Positions 14,237 to 28,800 of a DNA stretch of 64,000 nucleotides are shown piece by piece; position 1 is the first letter of the stretch; each line of letters opens with the position of its first letter. A model generated the notes under the pieces. It made no database searches and was not told the DNA's origin. It saw only the letters and a program-made list of their open reading frames with translations. The translations under genes were made by a program, and so were the position numbers. The DNA comes from Octopus sinensis (lineage: Eukaryota), in NCBI RefSeq assembly GCF_006345805.1, contig NW_021833007.1:1-64000 (forward strand), in the 5' to 3' direction.

Positions 14237-17200
14237 CACTGGAGCAAGCACATAATGTGAAATAAGGCGGAAAAAAGAGTACTCAAATACCAGAGGTAGA
14301 GTATATGCTTTATTTAAATAAAGTATATATATATATATATATTATATATGGACATGTCTGTGTACTTAAGAAGTTCACTTCCTAACTATATGGTTCAGGT
14401 TCAGCTACTCTGTGTGGCAGCAAATTAAGGACCCTAATACCAAACAGATCTCATTAAGTTGTCATTTGGAATTATGCACGAATAAATTATTTTTTAATTC
14501 CTCCATTTTATAAACTTTATGATTATAATTCCCCTTTAATCCATTTTTACCTCATGCTGTAACTTAAGATTATTTCAATGCTTCCATCCATTTTATGCTA
14601 TCATTAACAGGGTCTATCAATATATCGTATTTCTATGGGACATGAAGTACATATACATCCATTCCATGTAGTGATGATAATCATCAATTTTTTGAGTTGC
14701 ATTGGCTACACAATTGCCTTGAATACTTTCTGGCCATCTGTGTGGGCAATGCTGAAACTATCATTTCAAGTAAGTCTCTGTTATATTTGAAACATTTTCC
14801 TCCAAATTTTGTCAATGATTAGAAAATGTGTAATAGAAAACATTAAGCAATGTTATTTTCTTGTGACTATTATTAGTCTCTTTCAGAATTACATTCTTAT
14901 AGCCTTGGGTTGACCAAAGCCTTGTGAGTGAATTTAGTAGATGGAACCTGAAAGAAACCCATCATGCATGCATGCGTGTGTGTGTCTGTTTGTCCACCAC
15001 TACCACCTGACATTCAGTGTTGGTGTGTTTATGTGTATCTGTAACTTAACACTTTGGCATAAAACACTGATACAATAAGTATCACACTTAAAAAAGAAAA
15101 TAAAGAATATACTGGAGTTGATTCACTCAACTAAAATACTTTAAGGTAGTTGCCCAGTATGGCTACATTCTACTGAGTGGAATTAGTAATTGAAAAAAGA
15201 TAATATGTCTGTGTTTATCATAATTTCTCCTACTATTGCTCTGTATATCATTACTAGTTATACTACTCAGTATTGTAGCAGTTTAACCATTATACTGGAA
15301 GCAAACTGGATGATGTTAAAGTACATAGAGCTCTAAACCCAACAGTAGAAGTCATACTTCTGTTTGTACAGGCAGCAAATTGGCAAAATTGTTTCAGTGT
15401 TAGATAGAATGCCTCATGGTATATATTCCAGTTCAAATCCCAGTGAAGTCAACTTTTGAGTGATTGATTAGTTTAAGTGTTAGAGTATTGAACTAAATGC
15501 CTTGCAGTATCAGTTCTGGATTTGTGCATTCTGAGTTGAAATTTTCATTGTTCCTATTGTCACTATGTTCCACAAAAAAGGTGATACTTCTGTCAGGAAT
15601 TGTAGCTGATAGATAATATTAGCAAAGTGAAAAAAAACAATGGAAATATAGTCTATAGAATCAATTCTAAGATCAAATTGTCACAATTATGAAAGGAAAG
15701 TCTTTACAAAGCAGTATAGTGGATACTTTTTTGACATAGATATCATATGGAGTATCAGTTGTGGCTGTAGGCACAGATGTAGCTGCATAATATGAAGTTT
15801 GTTTCCTGACCACATGGTTTCAGATTTAGCCCCACTGTGTGACACCTTGGGCAAGTATCTCCTACAATGACCTTGTGAATGGATTTGGCAGAGAGAAACT
15901 GAAAGAATCCCACTGAGTGTGCATCTGTGTGTATGCGCATGTGTGTGTGTGGACAACATTTTGTCCTTGGCATCATGTGATAGTTGGAAACAAGTGGCAC
16001 CATCATACAAGCAATATCATTCTTTTCCAATCTTCTGTGGAAATATGTGTAGTCATGGAGAAATACTACCTTACTTAGAAACGGATCGAAATTGGCAATA
16101 TGAAGGACATCTAGCACTAGAAAGCTTGCCTTAACAAATTGCATCTAACCCATGCAAGCATGGAAAAGTAGATGTTAAAACAATGATGATGAATTTACTA
16201 TTACGGTTATTATTTTTTAGTTGAGTTATTTTCTTTGATTATTTTTCCAGATAGTCGGTCCATTTATTCATGTTGGTCTGATTGTGATCTTTACTATTCT
16301 CTCTTGTATTCTGATAAGACAGTGGTACATCTTAGACCGATTCCGTAAGTAGATTTTGTCATTTCAAAAATCTTTGTCAGATATATACAAATTATTTCTG
16401 AAAAAATTGCTAAAGAAAACAGACTTATTAAATTCTATCTCAAATACAATGACATTTTTCATTTTCCTAATTTTCTGCTATTCCTACATTGTTAGTGTAG
16501 CATAAATGGTATTTGATTCACCTGTCTATATTCCTAAGTTCGAATCTCACTGAGGTCAACTTTCTCTTCCATCCTTCTGGAGGGGTTAATAAAATAAACT
16601 CTGAGTACATTGTAGGGGTTTGACAGGGTTGTTAGACCATCAGATGTGATGCATTGTGGGATTTGTTCTGGTTGTTTGTGTTCTGGATCCTTAGGTGGTT
16701 GGCTTTCAACCAGTTTAATCCCACCACCACCTGGTACTTGGGAGTCTTTAGCTGATTTCACCTTTTTTTATGTGTTCTGGACAGATTTTGTGTTTGAGAG
16801 TGACTTCTTTACTCCTTGCCAACAGTCCCAGTGACCATGAATGAAGGATTAGTGATGTAGATAAATGCGATTAGGCTTGATACATATAAATATGCACCCA
16901 CACACACACCCACGCACATACATAGAGGGAGAGAGAGAGAGAGAGAACTATGTTCAGAAGATAAACATGTAAATAGATATTTATATATATTGACAAATAA
17001 ATTTACCTTTACATAGAGTTTAGAAAATAGGATTATGAGAAAACAGTGAAGAAATCAACAGTTTATCTTCTTTCGTGTGTGATTGAGCAGCATTAAGATA
17101 ACGATTAAAAGCAGGATCCGTATATTTTATATTGCAACTTGTGAACAATAGCATCATTGGTTACAAGTTTCTATCTCATGAACCAGTTATTTTGTTCAGT

Positions 17201-18617
17201 ATGTCTTCTGTAACAATCAGAAGAGTATCTGTAACTTGGGGAGTTGTTTAGAGATCAGATTTTTTTGTTGTTGTTGGATCCTTTGCCGATCTCCATGAAT
17301 GTGATCCTAAGTAAACTATTGATCCCATCTGGATTTCTGGATTTCATAGTTCAATTCTGATGTCCCTTTTTTAATTTTTTTTTTTTCATAAAATTGTGAA
17401 TACATGTATAACTGTAAACAAAATTTATACTGAAATAAAAAGGAAAAAAAGAAACGAATAAAATATAATTTGATTTCAGAATGGGAAGGTTTCAACTAAA
17501 CACTGCATTGCATGTAATCTGCCACCATTTCTACTCCTCTTACACAATTATAACAATAGCCAAGTATAGGGTAATGATTTTATTGAGTTAATAAAAACAC
17601 AGACTTGCAGATACACACACACACACACTCCTCATCGTCATCATCATTTTCATCTTGGTTTTATGCTTTCTTTCCTTGATAATAATATTGTAATGTAGTT
17701 ACTCGTCACCAATTATTGTAGTATCACCACTAATTATGACGATACTTGTTTACACTATAACCATGTAGTAACAATAAACATATAACGAAGCAGGGTAACA
17801 ACATAACATTCCAACAAACTCTCCTTGAACTGTTCATGAATCAACAAATGATATTCTGACAAACTACCAAAACGAAACCTTATGACTTCCTGCAATTAAT
17901 GCCTCTTCTCTGTCTTTCACTCAGACCGCTACTGTTTATAGTGATTCAATCAAGTCTATTCTCGCAGGGGCTGTTGTGACTCTTGCCACAACATAATGTG
18001 AGCAGAGCAGGTTGTAATGGCCTGAGACAGGCCAGGTGACCATATCTTGCTTCCTACATTTTAATCTGACTTAGTTTATATATATACACATACATACTCA
18101 TCATCATCATTTAGTGTACACTTTCCTCCCTGATGGCATGGGTTAGACAGTTTGACTGGATCTGATAAGCTGGAGAGCTGTACCAGGCTCCAGTTTGATT
18201 TTGGCTTGGTTTCCATGGCTGGATGCTCTTCCTAATGTCAACCACTCCAAGAGTTTAGTTAGTGCCTTTTATGTGTCACCAACAATACCCACAACTATGA
18301 TTTCACTTGATTAGTCTTCTCAAGCACAGCAAATCACCAGAGGTCACAATTGCTTGTCATTACCTCCATGAGACCCCACATTTGAAGATCCAATATCTTC
18401 ATAGGTTTACCTCTTCCACAGCACCCCAAAATTAGACTAGACAACTATTTTTATGTTTGCCTCAATTTCTCTGTAAACCAGTTATTTTCTCCTTTAATGA
18501 TGAGAATTTTACAAAATGACACTTTGCAAACATCTACTCATCAAATTATCAGAAAAATCACCCTTATTCAGTGTTTTCAAATATATCATCATCATCATCA
18601 TCATCATCATACGCATC

Positions 18618-18648
<31 letters not shown>

Positions 18649-21600
18649 CGTCCTGTTTTCCATGCTTGCATTGGTTGGTTGGAGTCTATTAAGGTAAATT
18701 TTCTTTGGCTGGGTGCTCTTCCTCTTGCCAACTGTCACTAGTTTCCAAACAATGGACTATTTCCCCATGACCAAACATGTTTTGCTTGTTCCTATATATA
18801 TATATATATATCATCACCATCATCTCCAGCATCATTTAGTGTCCATTTTCAATGCTGGCATGAGTAAGACAGTTTGACAGGTACTAGTATGCCAGAGAGC
18901 TGTATCAAGCTCCAGTCTATTTCAGCTTGGTCTCTATGGCAGGATGCCCTTCCTAACACCATCCACTCTGTACTGGGCGCCTTTTATGTGTCTGTGGCAT
19001 GGGTGCCTCTTATGTGTTACCAGTGCTGTTGCTGTCACATGTCACCGGTACTGATGTATGTATGTGTGTGTATATGTACATATGTATGTATGTACATACA
19101 TATCTATGTATGTATATATGAATGCATGCATGCTTGCATTCATGCACATTTACCTTCACACAGAAGCTTACCGTTGTTCCTTGTAATTTTGTTCACTATT
19201 GAATGGAACCAAATAATATAATATTGCTTTTTGTTTTCTTTCCCATATAGGTTTAAAACTGTTAACTTTAGTAGCATACATGGCAATTCTAGTTGGCCTG
19301 TATGTCATTCCACTGTTTATTGAATCTCCATGTGTTCGACCAGCAGATAGTTTGCCTTCCAAACCAAGATTATTTGCCCACCGAGGTGCGTCAGGGGTAT
19401 GTATTCGCTTATTTATTTTAAAGCTCTAAAATAATGATTATTTTTAGTAGTATGTTCTTGGTTCATTAACTACAGAAAGATAAAAATGGAAGATTTTATC
19501 TCTTATAACATTCAAATGGAAAGAAATGGAAAATCAATATCATCATCATAGTTTTAACCCTTTCGTTATTGTATTTATTTTGAGATGCTCTGTGTTTCTT
19601 TCAATTATTTTAAATATAACAAAGAATTTAGTAAAATAACTTAGTTATCATTAAACTAGTGTTAGGAACATAAATTGCGACTAAGGTTTGGTGGTATATT
19701 TTAATGCAAAACTTATGAAAACAAGAGCCAGAGCTGGTTTTGGCCGGGTTGGTAACGAAAGAGTTAATGACCACTTTGCAATACTTACATGAGTCAGATG
19801 GAGCTTAATGAGACCGATTTTTCTATTGCTGGATGCCCTTCCTGTCACCAACCCTTACCTGCTTCCATGCAAATCACTATTACCCCATCAGTGGACAGGT
19901 TTATGCAGAATATTGGTAATGAATGATACTACTTTGTATGACAGTGACACAACTATCATGTGTTGTCAAGACAAGGCGACATAAATGTATACATACTCTC
20001 TCTCCCTCTTTCTCACACACACACAAACAAACAAACAAACAAATATAAATGATAAGGAACAAGAAATGATGTAATGAACTTCATTAGGTTACCACTGTTT
20101 CTATTATAAAGTGATACTCAAACACTCAACTATGAGTTCCTTGCATATTGTACCAGAAACAGCTGTAAGATAATGAAGTTCATAACGTAATTTCTGGTTC
20201 TCTTGTCATTTATGTAATCTCTCATTACACTCTCTACTTGACTAATGCTTTTCTCTGAAGCATATGTATATTGACAGGGTTAAAGTAGAAGACACCCAAG
20301 ATGTTACACAGTGGGACTGAACCTGAAACCATGCAGATGGGAAGGAAACTTTTTAACCACACAGTGATGTCTACACTTATATTGAATATTGCAAAGTATC
20401 AAGTTTGGTTCTCAAATGTCTCAGACATGTCTTGTAGAACCAGGAACTTTAAATAATCAAGTCTAAAAATATCAGAATATCTTCTGCTACAAATCTATTA
20501 ATAGTATTTTCACCATTGTTCAGTGTATCTTGTTGTTTTTCTGTTTTTTGTTAAAATAGATTTCCTTTTATTTGTTTTAGAAAGTAATGAATATTTGGTG
20601 TTAGTAGACACATCGTTAGTACACATCCATTTATTGTCTTTCGATCAATATTCAGCTTGTAAATTGATGGAGTTGGGTGGGTTGCTATATGGAATGTAAT
20701 TTGAGTAGAATCTAATTTTACTGAATTTGTGTGTGAGTGTACTTTAGCAGCGAACAGCATTTTTCATTATAAATAGTGTACGCTGGAGGTTATTGTAGCT
20801 TTTACATTGTTAAGGAAGTCAAAGGTGTCAGTCTGGTGCAGCTTTTGCCCATTAAAAGACATAAGCCCAACTTGTAAAACTAATGAATAGTTAGTCATTC
20901 AATGTGACCGCTTTGCAATTATGTTGGTGTGTGGCCTTTTGATAAAGGCATTGGTTCAATTCTTGATCTTGTGCATAGTGTGTTTGAACAAGGCATTTCA
21001 TTTCACATGCCCCATTTCATTCAGCTGAAAAGTAATCCCAGAGGAAGTGGTTTTAATCCTGAAATGGGCTGCAGTTCTCTATAGTGGAGGAGTGTTGTAC
21101 TCTTAAACCCCATAGAAACTGAAAGAAACTCTGGTCTAATGAACCTGTAAGCAACAAACTAATCCTTTAGCATTCATATTATTCTGTCAAAAATAATGCT
21201 TATTTGTTCACTTTGTTTTGAATTAATCATGCATTATCTTGCAGCTTTGAGATTTTGATGAGGTAACTGTTAATTTTTAGAATGATATTGTCAGGTTGGT
21301 GTCAGAGGATACATCTGGTCAGTTTGAACATAATATGGATATGGCCGGTTTAAATGCTAAATGAATTATGAGGTCACTTGACCTGCTAGAAATAGCAGCC
21401 AAAGGTTACATTGGATAATGTACTCTTAGATACCCTTGAAAGGACAGGATTGTCCTGTCTTGAATGCTTTTGGTTATAGGTCTAATCAGTCACAACCGAC
21501 CTGGGGTTAAACAACCACCATGATAGTGAATTGTGTGTTTTCTTATGGTTTGTCTTTCTTTACAAGAAGGTTGATTGAGTCATTCTCAGTAACTGCAGAT

Positions 21601-22811
21601 GTGGCTCGTGTTTCATTGCCATTTTAACCTTTTAGAGTTTAGATTACTCAATCAGATGTAATGTGTATTTATTCACATCGTTTTGAATTAATACTGCATT
21701 ATTTTCTAGGCTTGAGATTTTGATGATGTGATTGTTCGTGTTCAATATGACATTCTGGAAGATGCGAGATCTGATCAGTTTGAACATTAAACTTGTAGAA
21801 TATTTTGACTGGATATGGCCTGGTTAAGTGCTAAAGGGCTGCTGACTAAACTAGCTGTTGTTTCCTTTGCTGTTGTTTCATTGATGATTACAAATATGAT
21901 ACTACATTTGGACACTAAATCAGTTTATTTCAGAGTACTGAACATGGTGGGCATGTATTCTCCTGCTTAACATATTTAGTAATTTTATGCTAAGGCCTGA
22001 ATTTGATATCTTATTTGTTGGAAATTTAGCTGAAAATTTCATGTTGCTTTGATGACTGACCATGATGCTTTCATATTCAACCAAAATACTTAGTTGTTCT
22101 TCATATGAACTGTTAAAAAAGAATTTGAATTGTCAAATTGGCATTGGAAGGACATCCAGCTGTATAAACCATGTCAAATCAGACTAGAACCTGGTGTAGC
22201 TCTCTGGCTCATCAGTTCCAGTCAAACCATCTAACCGATGCCAGCATGGAGAGTGGATATTAATTGCTGCTGATGATGATGATGCTGATGCTGAACCATT
22301 CCTTCTCTAAAATACTCTGGAATAGTCTGCAGCTACTTCCTCCTTACCTTTTTCACTTGTACAATTGTTAAGTGTCTGATTTATTGTGTGGTATGTAATA
22401 GTTTTCAGAGTTCACAGTTTTACTATTAATAATAATAATTATATTAAAGTGAAATAAGAGATTCATTATAATAAATTAGAGTGACTGCAAACTGTAAAAG
22501 AAAATTTCAAACTAAGAAAACATGTCTCACAATGTGTGTATATATATATGTGTGTGTGTGTGTGTTTGTCCCTCCAACATCACTTGACAATCGATGCTGA
22601 TGTGTTTACATCCCTGTAACTTAGCAGTTCAGCAAAAGATACTGATAGAATAAGTGCTAGGCTTACAAAGAATAAGTTTTGGGGTTGATTTGCTCAACTA
22701 AAGGCAGTGCTCCAGCATGGCCACAGTCAAATAACTGAAACAAGTAAAAGAGTAACATGTGTATCATCATCATCATCGATTAACATCCATTTTCCATGCT
22801 GGCATGGGTTG

Positions 22812-22856
<45 letters not shown>

Positions 22857-25800
22857 TGCATTCATGCATCTGATTGTGTGTGTATGTGTTTGTCTTGACA
22901 TCACATGATAGCTGTCAACAAGCATCACCAACATACAAAGGATGTGATTCATTTGTTGTCTTTTGTGAAAGAAAAAACCATATCTAACCAAGGGGTAATA
23001 TCTTGCATGGAGACAGGTGCTGGTTCGCAACAGGAAGGGCATCTGAGCGTGCTAGCTTTGAAATGTGGACATTAAAACAATGATGGTGATGACCACAACA
23101 CTGATGATAATTACTTTACAGCCTTACAAACAACATCTGACACAATACAACTCAAGCTATTTAGTTTACAAAGAGCAGTAAACGTTTTTTTCTGATTAAC
23201 ACGAGCATGTCATAACAATATGAAGAAACCAGTCAGTAGCCTGTGCCAATCCTAGCTAGGCAAATATTTTTTAGTTGTTAAAGATCCACTAAGAAGTGTG
23301 GTTATCTAGAAATGAAATAACAGTTCCTTTTCCACATTAGCCAGGACATTACAAATTCAACTTTTGTAAAGGAGACATCTCACCTACTGTAGTGACACTA
23401 CTATTAACCTCATTAAACTGCAAGTGAAGAAAGCAATTCAAATTTTTATGAAGAAAGTACTGATTGACAAGCCCATATATGGGCAATTTTTCAGAACATT
23501 AGAACAAGAAACTCACATGTAGGTTAGAAGACCCATTCTCCATAACAGAATTGATATCCTAAAACCACAGTGCCATGTAAAAATTTACTGGTGCTACATA
23601 AAAAGCACAGGTGATGGTGCCATGTAAAAAACTGTGGTGATGCTTCCATGTGAAAAAACAGTAGTAATGGTATCATGTAAAAAACACTGGTGCTGGTGCC
23701 ACATAAAAAGTATCCAGTGCACTCTGTAAAGTGTTTGGCATTAGGAAGGGCATCCAGTTGTAGAAACAAAGCCAAAAGCAAGGTATAGGACCTGGTGTTG
23801 CCCCTAACCTTGCCAATTCTGTCAGGCCATCCAACACATGCCAGCATGGGAAACTGACATTAAATGATGATGGTGATGATGGTAGTGGTGGTGGTGGTGA
23901 AAAGTGCTTATCAAGGAAACTAAGTTACATGTTAACAACTCAAAACTGAGCCAGGGTCACAAGGCATACAGTCTTTAAAACCTGTGGAAACTTTAAATGT
24001 AAGCCTTGTGGTTACAATACAGTAAAAGTTGATGTTTATTATTGGCCAAATCTAAATGTGTAAACTTAGATAATTAGGTTTCTCAGTATAATTCCTCAAC
24101 GAAATGAAAATCAAAATCATTGATATTTTATTAATTAAGCATGTCTGAGAACCAGTGACCAATTAATATCACTACACAATTCTCTGTAACATGTTCCATC
24201 AATACTCATAGAAATAGAGATACAAACAATCAGACATTGTCCTTGAAGACAATAGAAACAGAAAATTAGCTTCATGAAACTCACTGGTCTTGAAGGTGCT
24301 GCAAAGGTCATGGGTATTGTCCTTCTTTCTAGACTTTATGAGTAAACAGGAAATTGAAAACAGTGAAGTAATAAGAGCAACATCCACAATAATAATCCTT
24401 TTTACTAGGCACCGGACCTGTAATTTTGTGCGAGTGGGGACAGTCCATTACATCAACCTCAATGCTCAACTGGTACTTCTTTCATTGACCCAAAAAGGAT
24501 GAAAGATACAGTTGACCTTAACTGAATTTGAACTCTGAATGTACAGCCAGAAGGAATGCTGCTAAGTATTTTGTTTGGCATGGTAACAATTCTGCCAGAT
24601 TGCCGCCTTTATAATGATAATAATATATAGTTTAACCCAAATGTAATTATAAAGTAATTATAATGTAATTATAAAGAGGTGTTGACTGAATATATGTAAT
24701 AAATCTATTATTTTCATGATTTTTTCCGTTACAGATCACATGACTAAAGTAAAATATTATTAGTTGAGTGAGTAAGGGAGATAACTTTGAATGTGTCTGA
24801 AATCATACATGTCAATAGAAGTACCATATTTGATGGAATATAAGATGCATTGTGTTCCAAAAAGATGTCTCAAAAAATCACCCCTGCTCCTATATGTGGA
24901 GTTGAACCTTCCATATGCTAATTTTGTCCCTGATACTTGCTTTTTCCTGAACATGCACTGCTGAAATTGGGATGCATCTAATATGTCTGTGCATCTTTTA
25001 TTCTATCAAATACAAATATAACTGAGAAACAAAGCAATGAGTTGGAATGAATATAATTATTATTGTTGTTGTGGTTTTGGTAGAATCGTCAAAATATTGG
25101 AATAAATGCTTTGTGGTATTTTCTCCTGAGTTCAAAGCTGAAGTGAACTTTGCCTTCCATCTTTTTGAGGGTTCATAGAATAGAGTACTTCTCCAAAACT
25201 TCCAGTTTTGAGCCTATGTAAATAATAACAATGATAATAATAATAATAATACTAATTTCTTTTATTAGCAAGAGGGACATAAGATGAGTGGGGACATCAC
25301 AAGGACAGAATACATAAAGGAAAGGAAGGAAGAAATGGGAAAATGATTGAAATGTGATAGAAGTATACATCAGTCACTCTGTGTGGCACCTTGAGCAAGT
25401 GCCTTCTACTATAGCCTTGGAATGCCAACAATTCTGCCAGCTCACTGCCTTAACAATAAATAATAATAGTAATAATAATAATATTTTTAAAAGATTGACA
25501 TTCCATTTTAATGTACTGCATTTCTTGGCCATATTCATCAGTGAAGATGAGAGAAAACACTTGAATTTAAAACAGGAGAAGAAAAAGTAGGATGGGAATA
25601 AAGTAGCAGAAAATGGAGTGGGGGAGCAACAGATTGTCTGTAATGCAAAGGAAAGACGAATCAATAAATACAGGGGTCTGATGGGCTGCTATCAGTTTGT
25701 GTTGGTCACTGCTGAGACCTCAGCTGTTCTCAGATCCTGCACTACTGTTTTTGTCTGCAAAATTGAGATAATGGTAGCCTGTATGAGAATGAACCCTACA

Positions 25801-28800
25801 AGGTGAAGTGGCTGCTGTAGCAAGTGTCACTAGCCATTCTCTGCAGCAATACCATTGTGGTCATATCTGTGGGATGTAGCTGAACATGCCATTTATTCTG
25901 GGGGGTGTGGCCCATTACTTCCTCTCCCACCATCTTATATTTCTTTTTCTGTTTCTTGTTTCCTTGTAATTAAATTGTAATAAATAAAGTTCACCAATAT
26001 TTTAAAATTAGACACAGTATTTTTTTAGCTAGAAATCTCTCAATATGTTACTGTTGGATTATATTTAACCAAATTTAAATTCAGTTCTTTTGTATTTTAA
26101 AAATTTTCTTGCAAGGTTGCACCTGAGAATACTTTAGTTGCATTCCAATTAGCTGCGAACCAAAGTGTCTATGGATTTGAGTCAGATGTACGAATAAGGT
26201 AAATTACATTGTTTCTTTCTACATTTTGAAATATAAATTCTGTAAGTTATTTCTCAGTTATGACCCATTGCTGATAACTGGTGATTCAGTTTTCCCTACT
26301 AGAAATATTTGTGGTTAAATAAGATGCAGTAATAGCTATGTGGTCAAGAAGTTCACTTCTCAACCATATGGTTTTGGGTTCAGTCCATCTGTACAGCAAT
26401 TTGTGCAAGTGTTTTTTATTATAGTCCTGGATTAACCAATGATTTCTTAGTTAAATTGATACATGGAATCTGTACAAAGTTTGTGTGTGTGTGTGTGTTT
26501 ACATTCTGCACTTGAATGAAAATATGCTGAGCCAGAGTCATTGTTGTCTGTTGCCAATTCCCTGTAAACAAATCATTTGACAGTTATGCTTTCAGAGACA
26601 AGTGCAATGAAAACTCCCTTTAAAAACAGGTGAGAATTAGTGACAGAAAATGACTCTCTGTCACCATCCAGTTCCATTATTATCAATTTGAATTGGGAGC
26701 TTGCATCATAGTTGATTACAGAACCATAGATACCATCCCCGTGGACACATTACAGTTACTCTCTTGATAGAGTTTGGTGATCCTATTTCAAGAGTTATTG
26801 CTCTTCCACTACCACCACATCCAACCCATCAACTGTCTACAAATGCATTGAAACATGCATATACAACCATTACCTATTTTTCTGTCTTTGGTTGCATTGT
26901 TTTTGTAAATGTATTTGTATACAAAGCATTGTAACTTTCAGTGGTGGCTCTGAACTCTATAGAAAATCAATAGAGATAAGATTAAAAACGAGAACATCAC
27001 ACTGTTAAAACAAAAAGCAAGATAGTATTGACTTGTGAACCTTTAATATACTTGGTTGTATATTATGATTGCAAAACGAAATACAGTGTCCTTGCTAGCA
27101 ATTAATATTTATACACTGTTTGCCAGGAATGTGTTTAATATGTAAATTGGTCTATCCAGTAGTGTTACACGGCTAAACTTAGTGGGTATTTAAGCTGTGT
27201 ATTTGTGGATGGTTGGATGTGGTACTGATGAAAAAACAAGAACACTTGAAATATGCATATACACTCATTACCTATTTTGCTATCTTCAGTCACATAGTTT
27301 ACATAATTGTATACAAAATATCATAACTTTGAGTGCTGGCTCTGAAGCTCTGCACTCTATAAATAATCTGTACAGATAAGCTTATATTAAATGAGTAACA
27401 AAGATGTACAGGTGTCAAATCATTATGGCTGTTACAAGCGACTCCTTTAATTGATTAATGAAAACATTACATCATTCAAAAGAAACCATTCTTGTCAGGT
27501 GACCACATAGACTTCAAACATAAAGGATATATAACCATTTCCTTAATATATTCACATTAATAACCAAACCCAAAATATTTATATTGTTTCTTTTGACATA
27601 GCTGTAGCAGGATATCAGGAGTGGATATCATCACTTAGCTAGGTTGCATTGTCTGCACATATGGCAGGAATCTCAGGTACAAACAACCCTGCATGGAGTC
27701 TTGATATTCAATATCCAATTGATATTGCTTGGGTGTATGGATTATACCAACCTAGTAAGGTACCTCAATTTAAGTACCTAATTAAATGGAACCTTAATTA
27801 CATGTATATATATTAGAGGAAAAAGGGGATCTGCTCTTTCTCATTCACAAAATAAGTACCCCTCTTAATTTTGCTAAGATTGCTTTCAATTTTGGTGTAT
27901 CGATACAACTCTGAATTTTGATTGCGACCAACCAATTACTTTATCTCGTAAATTAAAGAATATGATGTTAATTGGAATTAAAGTTGGGAAATTTGGGTAA
28001 TTTTAGCCAATCAACAGACAGCATAGCATTAGTAGCGTGTTACCATGACAACCGCACACTGTGTTGTGGTTCACTGTTGTCTGTGTTGATATTTTACACT
28101 TAGTATTTTTACATATTTTTCATTTCATATATTTTTGGGACTCATTGACTCAGATTGCTGGATTTATGATTTCACTAGGTTAATTCTATTCATAAAAGTT
28201 TTAATTAGGAGTATTTCTTAAACCGTTAGCTTCACATTTCAACAGCTTAACTTAGATTTAGCACACGTTACAGGAACTGAGAGGGATATCGTGGAACAGA
28301 AACTGTGGGTGATGCAGATAATTTGACATTATTTTTTAATTCTGCAGGCAAAAAACATATATGATACAGGTATTCTTTTCCTTGGGACAAATTGGGACAC
28401 CCCCTTTTCAAACACACACACACGCCCCCCCCCTCCAACCCACACAAACCCCCTTCACACACAAACCCCAAAACCCACCCACACATACATGCATCACACA
28501 TGCATGCACACACATGCATGCACACACACACACACTCACACACACACACACACACTCACACACACACACAGAGGCATGTACTTATATATATATTAATGAT
28601 TTACATAAATACATGGCAGGTATACATAATACTGAAGTACACATAAAATAAACACATGCAGACAAATATATTAATATAACAAATTAAAAAAATAATAAAA
28701 TCATAAAATTAATGAAGAGACAAAAGAAACAGTAAGATGATACATGTTTATTTAGAAACCTACAATAAAATTAGGTATTTCTGTTTATTTAAAAACGTAC

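Noticed and set aside
18497-18697. Poly-His ORF
   Set aside because: Translation of a (CAT)n/(CAC)n retroposon tail within an intron.
23565-23715. Regular ~27 bp repeats (GTGCCATGTAAAAA...) superficially like a CRISPR array
   Set aside because: No unique spacers, no cas genes and a eukaryotic context. It is a minisatellite within a retroposon 3' UTR.
28268-28651. HT/CV-rich ORFs (also 14014-14286, 32608-33017, 41575-41918)
   Set aside because: Products of (CA)n/(TA)n microsatellites.
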